64,000 bases of DNA. Origin: an uncultured Clostridia bacterium (lineage in GTDB: Bacteria > Bacillota > Clostridia > UBA1381). The notes under the pieces were generated by a model that was given only the letters and a program-made list of their open reading frames with translations, was not told the DNA's origin and ran no database searches. Shown here one piece after another: positions 27,118-36,882 of the stretch; positions within the stretch are counted from its first letter, which is position 1, and the number at the start of each line of letters is the position of its first letter. Location: the NCBI GenBank assembly GCA_944392335.1, contig CALXWJ010000005.1, positions 9 to 64,008 of the forward strand, written 5' to 3'. The translations under genes and the position numbers were made by a program.

Positions 27118-28861
27118 CTTGATCACCTGCCTTGTTTTGGGAAGTGTATACTTCACGATAGATTTCGTTGGACTTCATCAATTCTTCATGGTTGCCGATA
27201 GCGCTAATACGTCCGCCGTCCATAACGATAATGCGGTCTGCATCCTGTACGGAGGCTACTCGCTGTGCAATGAGTATCTTTGTGGTTTCAGGGATATATT
27301 TACGGAAGCCCTGACGGATCAATGCATCGGTACGTGTGTCAACGGCGCTGGTGGAGTCGTCCATAATCAGCACCTTAGGTTTTTTCAAAAGGGCACGCGC
27401 GATACAAAGACGCTGCTTCTGACCGCCGGAAACATTGGCGCCGCCCTGTTCGATCCATGTGTCGTATTTGTCTGGGAATTGCTGGATGAACTCGTCGGCC
27501 TGTGCCAGTTTACAGGCCTCCAGCATCTCTTCGTCAGTAGCATCGGGGTTGCCCCAGCGCAGATTATCTTTAATAGTACCGCTGAACAGTACATTCTTTT
27601 GCAGCACCACAGCTACGCTGTTACGCAGGGTTTCCAGATCATATTTGCGTACGTCTATGCCGCCTACTTTGACGCAGCCTTCAGTAACATCGTACAAACG
27701 TGGGATCAGTTGAACCAGTGTGGATTTAGACGAACCGGTGCCGCCGAGAATGCCGATGAACTCACCGGACTTGATATGTAGATCCACATCGGCAAGTGCC
27801 ATGCGTTCGGCCTTTTTTGAATATTTAAATCCAACATTCTCAAAATCAATTGAGCCGTCCTTAACCTCGGTGATGGCATTTTCGGGACTGGTTAGGCTGC
27901 TTTTTTCCGTAAGAACTTCAACGATACGTTCGGCTGATTCCATTGACATGGTAATCATTACGAATACCATGGAGAGCATCATCAGGCTCATAAGTATTTG
28001 AAAGCTATAAGTAAGAATGGCTGACATCTGACCTACGGCGATTTCAAGACCTTGACTGGTGATAACAGCATAAGAACCGAAAGATAATACAAATGCCATG
28101 CCCGCGTAAACGCAGAACTGCATCATGGGATTGTTAAGAGCCATAATGCGCTCGGCACGGGTAAAGTCCTTACAAACGTCCTCAGCAGCGGTGGTAAATT
28201 TCTTTTTCTCGTATTCCTCACGTACATAGCTCTTTACTACACGCATAGCCTGTACATTCTCTTGTACAGAGTCATTCAGCGCATCGTATTTGCGGAATAC
28301 CCGGCGGAAAATCGGTGTGGCCGCACGGATGACCAGTATCAGACCAATGCTGAGCAGCGGTATGGTAACAAAAAAGATCATTGCCAGCCGGCCTCCCATG
28401 GCAAAGCCCATGATAAACGAGAAAATCAGCATCAGTGGACCGCGGATGGCTACTCGGATGATCATCATGAAAGACATCTGCACATTCACGACGTCGGTAG
28501 TCATACGGGTGACCAGGCTGGACACTGAGAATTTATCAATGTTCTCAAAAGAATAATCCTGGATACGGTAGAACATGTCTCCGCGCAGGTTACGTGCAAA
28601 GCCTGTGGAGGCTGTGGCGCAAGTGTTTCCGGCCGCAACACCGAAAACCAGCGAAAGAATGGCCATAACAATCAACTGGATTCCATAATTTATAATGACG
28701 TCCATACCGCAGCCGGCCTGCATTTCGTTCACCAGGTTGGCGATAATAAACGGAATGATACATTCCAAAATTACTTCTACAATAACTAGAAGCGGCGTTA
28801 AAATGGAAGTCTTTTTATACTCGCGTATACTGCGAGCAAGAGTTTTTATCATATGTGACAT
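27104..28861 (-). CDS. ABC exporter, fused TMD-NBD half-transporter (heterodimer partner 1)
   Basis: NBD motifs GGTGSSKST, VSGGQKQRLCIARA and VLIMDDSTS. Confidence 0.9.
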   Translation of the reverse strand: MSHMIKTLARSIREYKKTSILTPLLVIVEVILECIIPFIIANLVNEMQAGCGMDVIINYGIQLIVMAILSLVFGVAAGNTCATASTGFARNLRGDMFYRIQDYSFENIDKFSVSSLVTRMTTDVVNVQMSFMMIIRVAIRGPLMLIFSFIMGFAMGGRLAMIFFVTIPLLSIGLILVIRAATPIFRRVFRKYDALNDSVQENVQAMRVVKSYVREEYEKKKFTTAAEDVCKDFTRAERIMALNNPMMQFCVYAGMAFVLSFGSYAVITSQGLEIAVGQMSAILTYSFQILMSLMMLSMVFVMITMSMESAERIVEVLTEKSSLTSPENAITEVKDGSIDFENVGFKYSKKAERMALADVDLHIKSGEFIGILGGTGSSKSTLVQLIPRLYDVTEGCVKVGGIDVRKYDLETLRNSVAVVLQKNVLFSGTIKDNLRWGNPDATDEEMLEACKLAQADEFIQQFPDKYDTWIEQGGANVSGGQKQRLCIARALLKKPKVLIMDDSTSAVDTRTDALIRQGFRKYIPETTKILIAQRVASVQDADRIIVMDGGRISAIGNHEELMKSNEIYREVYTSQNKAGDQDDKE

Positions 28862-28936
28862 TCCTCCTTTACAGTATTACATAACAGCGCGCATGCGCGC
28901 TGTATTTTTTATAAAAATATATAATCCGGACACCGG

Positions 28937-29362
28937 CTATCCATCAAGATTATCGCACATACGCGCGGCAGTTTCCATGAACAGTTCAAGCTGCGTACTT
29001 GATAAGCCCTGTGTGAGACACTGTTCGGTCTGACGAAGAGACTCACCGATTTGCTCACCCAGATGTGCCGCTTTTTCCGTAGGGATCAGACTCTTTAAGC
29101 GCGCATCACTGACCACGCTCTTTCGTATGATCAGACCGTTCTTTTCCATCAACCCCAAAATGCCGGTGGCTGTGGAACGGCTCAAGCCAAATGCACTTTC
29201 TACATCACGCTGGTACACAGGAGAATCAGCGCACCTCATAAGGATGTAGTACATCACTCGGCTCTGCACACCGGTAAGCCCCAGGCTTTGCATATTGGCA
29301 TTCACGCGCTTTCTTAGCTTATGGGATAAAATATTGATCCATAGCCCACAGTTCTTTTCCAT
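28937..29362 (-). CDS. MarR-family transcriptional regulator
   Basis: Winged-helix pattern (LTGVQSRVMYYIL..RDVESAFGLSRSTATGILGLMEKNGLI). First gene of the exporter operon. Confidence 0.85.
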   Translation of the reverse strand: MEKNCGLWINILSHKLRKRVNANMQSLGLTGVQSRVMYYILMRCADSPVYQRDVESAFGLSRSTATGILGLMEKNGLIIRKSVVSDARLKSLIPTEKAAHLGEQIGESLRQTEQCLTQGLSSTQLELFMETAARMCDNLDG

Positions 29363-29407
29363 TTGATTTTTTCCTCCTTTCCAACTGAGTGTATGCGATA
29401 CCTTTTA

Positions 29408-29433
29408 AAAATTGTTCGGATACAAACAATTTT
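29408..29433. promoter_or_regulatory. Palindrome AAAATTGTT-N8-AACAATTTT upstream of marR (candidate operator)
   Basis: Perfect 9-bp inverted arms about 45 nt upstream of the MarR start codon. Confidence 0.4.
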
Positions 29434-29689
29434 ATCGCATGAAAGAAAAAAAGTCAATATAATATTTAAAATTTTTATAATTTTTGTTCAAATACAATGA
29501 TAAATTTGCATATAGACATACTGAATTTTTTGAAGTTATATATACAAATGGCTGCTGAATGATGTAATGACAAAGTTAACGTATCTAAATGTAATGCCTA
29601 TGGCTGTCAAAACTTCAAAAGATTTCGTAACAGGATACAGCATATGTTTTACTGCGAGCACAAAAATTTAATACTACCATGCGCAAGTA

Positions 29690-29834
29690 TCTAACTGTGG
29701 ATAAGATATCCCCCCGCCTCTGCCGGCGGCGGATTCCATATGTGTAATCAGTGAGAGTACAATCTTCCGCTGATTACAGCAAAGCACAGCCTGCGCTTTT
29801 GGCCTCGCCCAAGACGGGACAAGCCCTTATTGAA
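29690..29834 (+). repeat. Structured intergenic repeat, copy 3
   Basis: ..CTAACTGTGGATAAGATATCC.. then the H1, H2 and H4 hairpins, ending GGGACAAGCCCTTATTGAA. Confidence 0.9.
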
Positions 29835-30005
29835 TAAAATAGCTTTCAATCAGGAAAAGCTATTCAATTATTAATTTTTCAAGATTCTCACACATCCATT
29901 TGGTTATCTTTTTATGCACACTAAAAAGGTATCTATAGATATTGGTTATTGAAAATAGCATATTAATGTGGTATAATAATATAAAACCGAAAGGGGGCGG
30001 CCAAT

Positions 30006-30893
30006 GTGGAGCTTCGAACACTCCGGTATTTTTTGGCGGCGGCGCAGGAAGAAAACATCACCAAAGCCGCGGATATTTTGTATGTGACTCAGCCGACCCT
30101 GAGTCGCCAGATGATGGACTTAGAAAAAGAACTGGGCACCACGTTGATGCTTCGGGGGAAAAACGGGCTGACACTGACCGATGATGGTATCTTTTTCCGC
30201 CAGCGGGCAGAAGAGATTGTTGCGTTGGCAGACCGTTTGGAACAAGCTTTTGCAGAAAAGAATACGAATGTCAGCGGTGTTATTTCTATTGGCGCTACCG
30301 AGGCTGTGGGCAGCCGACTGTTTGCCAAGCTCATCAGGCAGTTTTCAGAAAAATATCCGTTGGTACAGTTCAATTTATACAACGAAATGGCAGATTATAT
30401 TAAAGACCGCATGGACAAAGGACTGATTGACGTAGGTTTACTGTTAGAGCCGATCGATACTTCAAAATATGATTTTATCCGTCTTTCTCAAAAGGAGACT
30501 TGGGGAGTGCTCATACGGGATGATCATCCTTTAGCGGAGAGGGAGTCTATTTCGCCGGATGAAATTGCGGAATATCCACTGATCCTTCCAATACGTGAGC
30601 GGGTACGTGCTGAAATTTTGAACTGGCTGAATCGGGAGGAAAAGGACTTACATATCCCATTGAGTTATACGCTTCTTTCCAACGCTGTGCTGCTTGTGGA
30701 AGAGGGGATGGGATGTGCCTTTTGTCTTGACGGTGCTTTGGCTATTCACAGCAGTTCTTGTCTGCGGTTTATTCCCATTCATCCGGAACATACAACGCGC
30801 AGTGTTCTGGTATGGAAGAAAAACTATCTGTTTGCTCCTGCAACTTCTTTATTCATTCAAGAAATCAATATGCTTCGGGCAAGAATGGAATAG
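30006..30893 (+). CDS. LysR-family transcriptional regulator
   Basis: N-terminal HTH MELRTLRYFLAAAQEENITKAADILYVTQPTLSRQMMDLE plus a substrate-binding domain. GTG start. Confidence 0.88.
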   Translation: MELRTLRYFLAAAQEENITKAADILYVTQPTLSRQMMDLEKELGTTLMLRGKNGLTLTDDGIFFRQRAEEIVALADRLEQAFAEKNTNVSGVISIGATEAVGSRLFAKLIRQFSEKYPLVQFNLYNEMADYIKDRMDKGLIDVGLLLEPIDTSKYDFIRLSQKETWGVLIRDDHPLAERESISPDEIAEYPLILPIRERVRAEILNWLNREEKDLHIPLSYTLLSNAVLLVEEGMGCAFCLDGALAIHSSSCLRFIPIHPEHTTRSVLVWKKNYLFAPATSLFIQEINMLRARME

Positions 30894-30912
30894 TGTTGTT
30901 ATAATATGTTTT

Positions 30913-30952
30913 AAGGACCTCTAAGGTAATTTGACTTGGAGGTCTTTATTTG
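30913..30952 (+). terminator. Candidate terminator after lysR
   Basis: AAGGACCTC-loop-GAGGTCTT(T) followed by a T-rich tail. Confidence 0.45.
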
Positions 30953-31116
30953 TATTATCCATACACAAAACACATTGAAAAAAATAAAAAATAGGTATTG
31001 GACATTGAAGCAAAACTGCACTATAATAAAAACGGAAACATAAAAAGGTTCTTGTTCTGAAATCAGCCCCGCGGATTCATAATGGATTTATGCGGTAGAG
31101 ACAGGAGGCAGTATAA

Positions 31117-31824
31117 ATGAAAAAATTTTTTTTTGTATTTTTAACAGCGGTCATGTTTTTTTCAGTTGCAGCATGCGACACAACGGAAAATGATAATAGT
31201 ACCTCCGGATCCACAGAAACGGAAACTCCTATTTCGGAGTCGGAGACATTGGGCTCCGGTAAAGAAACCGGTGGTGAAGCGCAGGGCGGCAACATTCTGG
31301 TGGCATATTTCTCCTGGGCGGATAACGCTGTTTTGGCGGATGATGTGGATGCAGTGTCCTCTCCCAGTGTGATCCCGCCCGGAAATGTGCAGCAGCTGGC
31401 AGGTTGGGTGCAGGAGGAAACTGGCGGCGACCTGTTTCCCATCCGGATCACCGATCCCTATCCCAGTGATTGGGATGAATGTTTGTCCCGGGCTAATCAG
31501 GAACGGGGCGATAACGCACGACCGGATTTGGCGGAAAACGTAGATAACATGGATCAGTATGACACGGTATTCTTGGGATACCCCAACTGGTGGTACGGTG
31601 TGCCTATGGCGTTGCTTTCCTTCCTGGAGCAAAATGATTTTTCTGGAAAGCAGATATACCTATTTTGCTCTCATGGCACCGGTGGTCTTGCCAACAGTGT
31701 AGAACTGATTACCGAAGCTATTCCTGATGCGGCAATCTCTGATAATATCTTCGACTGCTATGAAGAAGATGCGTCTTCTTCTCAAGAAGCTATTCAAAGC
31801 TGGGTCACTGAACTCGGTTATTGA
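31117..31824 (+). CDS. Exported (lipoprotein) flavodoxin-like protein
   Basis: Signal peptide with lipobox VAAC, a Ser/Thr/Glu linker, then a flavodoxin-like domain (ILVAYFSWADN.., LGYPNWWYGVP, FCSHGTGG). Confidence 0.75.
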   Translation: MKKFFFVFLTAVMFFSVAACDTTENDNSTSGSTETETPISESETLGSGKETGGEAQGGNILVAYFSWADNAVLADDVDAVSSPSVIPPGNVQQLAGWVQEETGGDLFPIRITDPYPSDWDECLSRANQERGDNARPDLAENVDNMDQYDTVFLGYPNWWYGVPMALLSFLEQNDFSGKQIYLFCSHGTGGLANSVELITEAIPDAAISDNIFDCYEEDASSSQEAIQSWVTELGY

Positions 31825-32044
31825 TGAAAAGCGATGCATATGAGAAAGGTTTTAGATAGAATCTTCGCAGATGGTTGTACAGTTTGAGAAAAATACAGTC
31901 ATTTATGAATTGAATATCTGTAAAGACATGCTGTGTTAGAACCGACTGTTGAGTAGATTGAAATGATAGAGCGTCTGGACGGTGAAACACCGCTGAACGT
32001 CGTCCGCTATTGGGAAAAGGAAATGAAGTAAGGAGGTGCAGAAA

Positions 32045-32581
32045 ATGAGAATAGTCGTTTTAGAAGGAAGTCCTAATAAGAAAGGTTCTTCAAATATTTT
32101 GGCGGACTGCTTCCGCCAAGGTGCGGAGGAGGCCGGTCACACTGTTGAGATCATTGACACAGCCTATGCCGATATCCACCCCTGTACCGGATGTATCCAC
32201 TGTGGATACGAAGGCCCCTGCGTGCAGAAGGACGATGTAGAGAGCATTCGAAAGAAGATTCTGGATGCAGACATGATGGTATTTGTCACTCCGCTGTATT
32301 ACTATGGGATGTCTGCCCAGCTGAAAACTATGATCGACCGGTTCTGTGCATTTAATAGCTCCATCCAGCGCAAGCATATGAAGTCTGCCTTGCTTACCGT
32401 CGCATGGAACAGTGATGATTGGACATTTGAGGTGTTGGAAGCGCATTATAAGACCTTAGTACGGTACTTAAATCTTGAGGACATGGGCATGGTGCTGGGT
32501 ATCGGCTGCGGTGCACCATCCATGACCCAGCACTCCGAGTTTCCGCAGCAGGCGTACAATTTAGGAAACCGCTTAAAGTAA
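32045..32581 (+). CDS. NAD(P)H-dependent FMN reductase / iron-sulfur flavoprotein-like flavodoxin-family protein
   Basis: MRIVVLEGSPNKKGSSN.., Cys cluster CTGCIHC..C, and VFVTPLYYYGMSAQLK. ATG 32045 follows AAGGAGG. Confidence 0.75.
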   Translation: MRIVVLEGSPNKKGSSNILADCFRQGAEEAGHTVEIIDTAYADIHPCTGCIHCGYEGPCVQKDDVESIRKKILDADMMVFVTPLYYYGMSAQLKTMIDRFCAFNSSIQRKHMKSALLTVAWNSDDWTFEVLEAHYKTLVRYLNLEDMGMVLGIGCGAPSMTQHSEFPQQAYNLGNRLK

Positions 32582-32585
32582 GGCA

Positions 32586-32682
32586 GTTATTATATCAGTG
32601 TGAGAGTACAATATCCCGCTGATTACAGCGCTGCTGTGCAGTGCTCTTGTCCTCTCCCAAGACGGGTCAAGCCCTTATTGAA
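32586..32682 (+). repeat. Structured intergenic repeat, copy 4 (5'-truncated, lacks H1)
   Basis: ATCAGTGTGAGAGTACAATATCCCGCTGATTACAGC...CTTGTCCTCTCCCAAGACGGGTCAAGCCCTTATTGAA. Confidence 0.85.
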
Positions 32683-32771
32683 TACTCATGTGAAACAAAG
32701 CAATCAAACAAAAAGTCAATCAGGGTGACAATAAAGCGGTTGCCCTTTGATAAAAGAAAGGAATGGTTAAT

Positions 32772-33434
32772 ATGAAAAAATTGTTATATCTCCTGTTATC
32801 CATGACATTGGCATTTTCTCTTGCTGCATGTAGTGGAGGGACTAAGCCGTCAAGCGAGAATGGTGAATCTCAGCCGCCCTCTGAGGCATCCGTTGAATCT
32901 GAGGAGTCTTCCGATTCTGAGATGCAGGATGAATCAGCAAAACCTGCAAATGGAGCCGGTGACACGCTGATTGCATACTTCTCATGGTCCGGCAATACCG
33001 AGCAGATGGCACAGATGATCCGGACCGAAACCGGTGGTGATCTGTTTGAGATCATGCCGGCTACCCCGTATACCGATGACTACGACGCCCTATTGGATGT
33101 TGCACAGCAGGAACAGCGCGACAATGCCCGTCCGGAGCTGGCTGCCCAGGTAGAAAACTGGGATAGTTACGACGTGGTGTTTGTGGGGTATCCCGACTGG
33201 TGGAGCGATGCTCCTATGCTGATATATTCGTTCCTGGAATCCTATGATTGGGAAGGCAAAACCCTTGTTCCCTTCTGCACCAGCGGCGGAAGCGGATTTG
33301 GCCGCAGTCTGGATAAATTGCCTGACAGTGCGCCGGAAGCCACAATTTTAGAGGGACTTCATGTATCCGGAAGCAGCGTAGAGGGTGCCGGTGAAGATGT
33401 ATCTGACTGGATCAACAGTCTGAATTTGGATTGA
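32772..33434 (+). CDS. Exported (lipoprotein) flavodoxin-like protein, second copy
   Basis: Lipobox LAAC, an acidic Ser/Glu linker, then [12 protein letters not shown].., [11 protein letters not shown] and FCTSGGSG. Confidence 0.75.
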   Translation: MKKLLYLLLSMTLAFSLAACSGGTKPSSENGESQPPSEASVESEESSDSEMQDESAKPANGAGDTLIAYFSWSGNTEQMAQMIRTETGGDLFEIMPATPYTDDYDALLDVAQQEQRDNARPELAAQVENWDSYDVVFVGYPDWWSDAPMLIYSFLESYDWEGKTLVPFCTSGGSGFGRSLDKLPDSAPEATILEGLHVSGSSVEGAGEDVSDWINSLNLD

Positions 33435-33459
33435 TTTTGAAAGAGAGGAGGGAGAGCCC

Positions 33460-34152
33460 ATGAAGCCAAAAGTCATTTTCAAAATTGCAGTGGATGCTTT
33501 GATGACCTTGGCTCTGCTATTTTTGATGGGATACCAGTTTTGGGGCGATGTTGCCCATGAGTGGGTGGGAGCCGGGATGTTCAGTATATTCATTGTCCAT
33601 CACATTCTCAACGGAAACTGGTATAAAAACCTGTTTCACGGGAAGTATTCCCCCTCCCGCAGCTTTCAGTTGATTGTAGATATAATGGTATTTATTGCCA
33701 TGATTGGACTCATGGTCAGCGGGATCATACTCTCTAATCATGTTTTTGTCCGGTTGAACATTCAGGGAGGAATGTCGTTCGCCCGTCTGCTGCATATGGC
33801 CGCTTCCTATTGGGGCTTTGTGCTTATGGCGCTGCATCTCGGAATTCACTGGGGAATGTTTTTGGGACTTTTCAAAAAGGCGCTGCACTTGAAGCAGCCA
33901 TCCCGTTTGCGTAAGATCCTGCTGTCCATTCTTGGAGCCGGGATAGCACTTTATGGTCTGACAGTATTCATAAAGCGGGATTTACTCACATATATGCTGG
34001 TGCGTACCCAATTTGTGTTTTTGGATTTCAGAGAATCGGTTCCGCTTTTCTATTTGGACTATCTGGCGATGATGGGTACATTCATTTTTCTGGCTTATTA
34101 TGCTTCTAAACTTTTTCGAAAGCTGTCAGGGAAAAAGGTCGGACACAAATGA
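33460..34152 (+). CDS. DUF4405-type polytopic membrane protein (cytochrome b-like, His-rich TM helices)
   Basis: N-terminus ..[48 protein letters not shown] with about 5-6 TM helices and conserved His residues. Confidence 0.65.
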   Translation: MKPKVIFKIAVDALMTLALLFLMGYQFWGDVAHEWVGAGMFSIFIVHHILNGNWYKNLFHGKYSPSRSFQLIVDIMVFIAMIGLMVSGIILSNHVFVRLNIQGGMSFARLLHMAASYWGFVLMALHLGIHWGMFLGLFKKALHLKQPSRLRKILLSILGAGIALYGLTVFIKRDLLTYMLVRTQFVFLDFRESVPLFYLDYLAMMGTFIFLAYYASKLFRKLSGKKVGHK

Positions 34153-34154
34153 GA

Positions 34155-34323
34155 TTCAATAAGGGCTTGTCCCGTCTTGGGCGAAGACAAGAGCGAAACA
34201 GGCGATTCGTGAATCGCTCCTATGGTGCTGCGCTGTAATCAGTGGAAGATTGTATTTTCACTGATTACAAATATGGAACCTGCCGTCGATTACAGCGGGG
34301 GGGACAACATGTGCGCAGTTATA
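34155..34323 (-). repeat. Structured intergenic repeat, copy 5 (inverted orientation, about 30-nt insertion in the variable middle)
   Basis: The reverse complement reads TATAACTGCGCACATGTTGTCC...TAATCAGTGAAAATACAATCTTCCACTGATTA...GGGACAAGCCCTTATTGAA. The extra palindrome GGCGATTCGTGAATCGCC lies in the middle. Confidence 0.9.
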
Positions 34324-34369
34324 AGACAGTAAATTACAAACGATTATTATTTTTAGGAGGCAACTTATC

Positions 34370-34924
34370 ATGAAAAAGAACATTGGAAATTCTTTGGCGT
34401 TGTATCCCACGCCGCTTGTGGTGGTAGGGGCAATGGTAAACGGGAAGCCTAACTGGCTGTTGGTAGGACATTTAGGTATTATGGGGCATGATCATGTAAT
34501 GGTCAGTCTGGCAGCAGCCCATTATACCAATCAGGGCATAAAAGAAAGTAAGAAATTATCAATTAACATTGTGGATGAGGAGATGCTCGAAAAAGCCGAC
34601 CGTTCCGGCTGTGTCAGCGGCAGCAAGGAAGATAAATCCACACTGTTTGATTATGTGATGGACGATTCGGGCGTGCCGATGATTACACATGCCCCGGTAA
34701 CAATGGTGTGCAGCGTGGAGGATATCTACGAGACGAAGGGGTTTGAGAACTTTATTTGTACAATTGATGCTACCTACGCTGATGAAAGCGTGTTGAATGA
34801 GACCGAAAAGATCGACTACCACGTTCTGAAACCTGTGCTGTTTGAAATGCCCACCTATGAATATCTGAAAACCGGTGACGTGATCGGCAAGTGCATGTCC
34901 TTCGGAAAGGAAAAGAAGGCATAA
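34370..34924 (+). CDS. Flavin reductase-like FMN-binding domain protein
   Basis: ..LALYPTPLVVVGAMVNGKPNWLLVGHLGI.. pattern of the flavin reductase-like family. Confidence 0.65.
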   Translation: MKKNIGNSLALYPTPLVVVGAMVNGKPNWLLVGHLGIMGHDHVMVSLAAAHYTNQGIKESKKLSINIVDEEMLEKADRSGCVSGSKEDKSTLFDYVMDDSGVPMITHAPVTMVCSVEDIYETKGFENFICTIDATYADESVLNETEKIDYHVLKPVLFEMPTYEYLKTGDVIGKCMSFGKEKKA

Positions 34925-35022
34925 GTTATGATTGATACCATGGGACATAATCAATACAATAAGCTGCGTGAAAAGCTGCCCTTTCCATACAGACAAATTT
35001 CCCGAACAGGACGGTGAGGCTG

Positions 35023-35538
35023 ATGAGCATACAAAACCAGGCAACAACCACAACGAACGGTTCACTGATCATCTCTTACTCTTATTCGGGGAATACCCAT
35101 CAAATTGCACAAGGAATTCAGGCTATTACCGGCGGCGACTGGTGTGAGATCCACCCATGGCAGCCCTATCCCACGGCGTTTCCGGAATTGCTGGAACAGG
35201 TGAAACGGGAGGTTCAGTCCGGATACCGCCCACAGCTTCTTCCCGGTTCCCGTTCTCCTCGTCCTTATAAGGTAATTTTTGTCGGTTCTCCCAACTGGTG
35301 CGCAACGATCGCCCCGCCGTTGTCTGCATGGCTATACAAAAATGACTTATCAGGAAAGATTATTCTTCCCTTCTATTCACACTGCGGCGGGGTCAGCGGA
35401 GATCTTCGGGGAGATATTGTCAAGCTATGCCCGAAGGCGGATGTATGTGAGGCGCTGGGTGTGATCAATGATGGAGGCCGCGAGCTTCCGGAGATTATTA
35501 ATAAATGGTTTATCAAAACCGGTATAGCAGATATTTAA
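35023..35538 (+). CDS. Flavodoxin-like protein (cytoplasmic, no signal peptide)
   Basis: SLIISYSYSGNTHQIAQ.., VGSPNWCATIAP and FYSHCGG. Start set to MSIQNQ. Confidence 0.7.
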   Translation: MSIQNQATTTTNGSLIISYSYSGNTHQIAQGIQAITGGDWCEIHPWQPYPTAFPELLEQVKREVQSGYRPQLLPGSRSPRPYKVIFVGSPNWCATIAPPLSAWLYKNDLSGKIILPFYSHCGGVSGDLRGDIVKLCPKADVCEALGVINDGGRELPEIINKWFIKTGIADI

Positions 35539-35759
35539 TCTGTTCAAAATGGTAAAAGAGGGACATTTATCTGTTACATGTCTAAAGAGGTTAGCAAAAT
35601 GTAAACGGCAACATCAAACTCAGTTACTTTGCAGAAATCGTCTGACCAAGAAAAACAGTCAGAACCGAAGCGGGTGCTTGTCACAGAGGCCGACGGTCTC
35701 GTCAGGCTTTTTAAAAATATTAGAATGAGAAAATTTTTATTTAATAGGAGGAGAAGAAC

Positions 35760-36800
35760 ATGATGCAGTACACAAAATTAGGAAATTCTAATCTTACTGT
35801 TTCCCGTATCTGTATGGGATGCATGGGTTTTGGCGACGCCAAAAATGGTCAGCACAGCTGGACATTGGACGAAGAACATTCCCGCGGGATTATCAAACGG
35901 GGGCTGGAGCTTGGAGTTAATTTCTTTGATACGGCTATCGGTTATCAAAGCGGCACCAGTGAGCAATATGTGGGATGTGCGCTGCGGGATTTTGCAAAGC
36001 GTGACGAAGTCGTTGTAGCTACCAAATTCCTGCCCCGTACAAATGAAGAGATAGACGCCGGAATTACCGGACAGCAGCACATTGAGAGGATGGTGGATAA
36101 AAGTCTGGAAAATTTGGGAATGGACTATATCGACTTGTATATCTATCATATGTGGGATCACAGAACTCCTATCCATGATATTCTGGACGGGTTGAACAAT
36201 GCGGTCAAGGCCGGAAAGGTACGTTATATCGGCATATCCAACTGCTTTGCGTGGCAGCTTGCAAAGGCTAACGATCTGGCAGAGAGTGAAGGTTTTGCGA
36301 AATTTGTGTCCATTCAGGGACACTATAATTTGATCTTCCGCGAAGAAGAACGGGAAATGGCGCCGCTTTGCGCTGAAGACAATATCGCAATGACCCCGTA
36401 CAGCGCATTGGCAGGAGGCAGACTTTCCAAGCATCCCGGAGAGAAATCAAAACGTTTACAGGAGGACAGCTATGCCAAGTTCAAGTATGACGCCACTGCA
36501 CAGCAAGACAGTGTGATTGTCGACCGTGTTGCCGAAGTGGCAGAAAATCATGGCGTGAGCATGACGGAGGTTTCTCTGGCGTGGCTTTTGACAAAGGTCA
36601 CTTCTCCCATTGTAGGCGCAACCAAACTGCATCATATCGATGGCGCGGCAAAATCGGTTGACCTTGTGCTGACGGACAGTGAGATTGCTTATTTGGAGGA
36701 AGCTTATGTTCCCCACAAACTGGTAGGAGTGATGGCACAGAATACAGCGGCATCGTCCGGTACTGCACATGTCTGGTCTTCCGGAAACCAAAAAATATAA
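35760..36800 (+). CDS. Aldo/keto reductase
   Basis: LGNSNLTVSRICMGCMGFG.., FFDTAIGY, DLYIYHMWD and GISNCFAWQL. Confidence 0.88.
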   Translation: MMQYTKLGNSNLTVSRICMGCMGFGDAKNGQHSWTLDEEHSRGIIKRGLELGVNFFDTAIGYQSGTSEQYVGCALRDFAKRDEVVVATKFLPRTNEEIDAGITGQQHIERMVDKSLENLGMDYIDLYIYHMWDHRTPIHDILDGLNNAVKAGKVRYIGISNCFAWQLAKANDLAESEGFAKFVSIQGHYNLIFREEEREMAPLCAEDNIAMTPYSALAGGRLSKHPGEKSKRLQEDSYAKFKYDATAQQDSVIVDRVAEVAENHGVSMTEVSLAWLLTKVTSPIVGATKLHHIDGAAKSVDLVLTDSEIAYLEEAYVPHKLVGVMAQNTAASSGTAHVWSSGNQKI

Positions 36801-36882
36801 ATAAAAAACTACGAGGATGCCATAACGATGTACGTAAAGGGCGTCCATCCAAAAAAGAATCAAAATAAGAGAGGTGTTAAAA

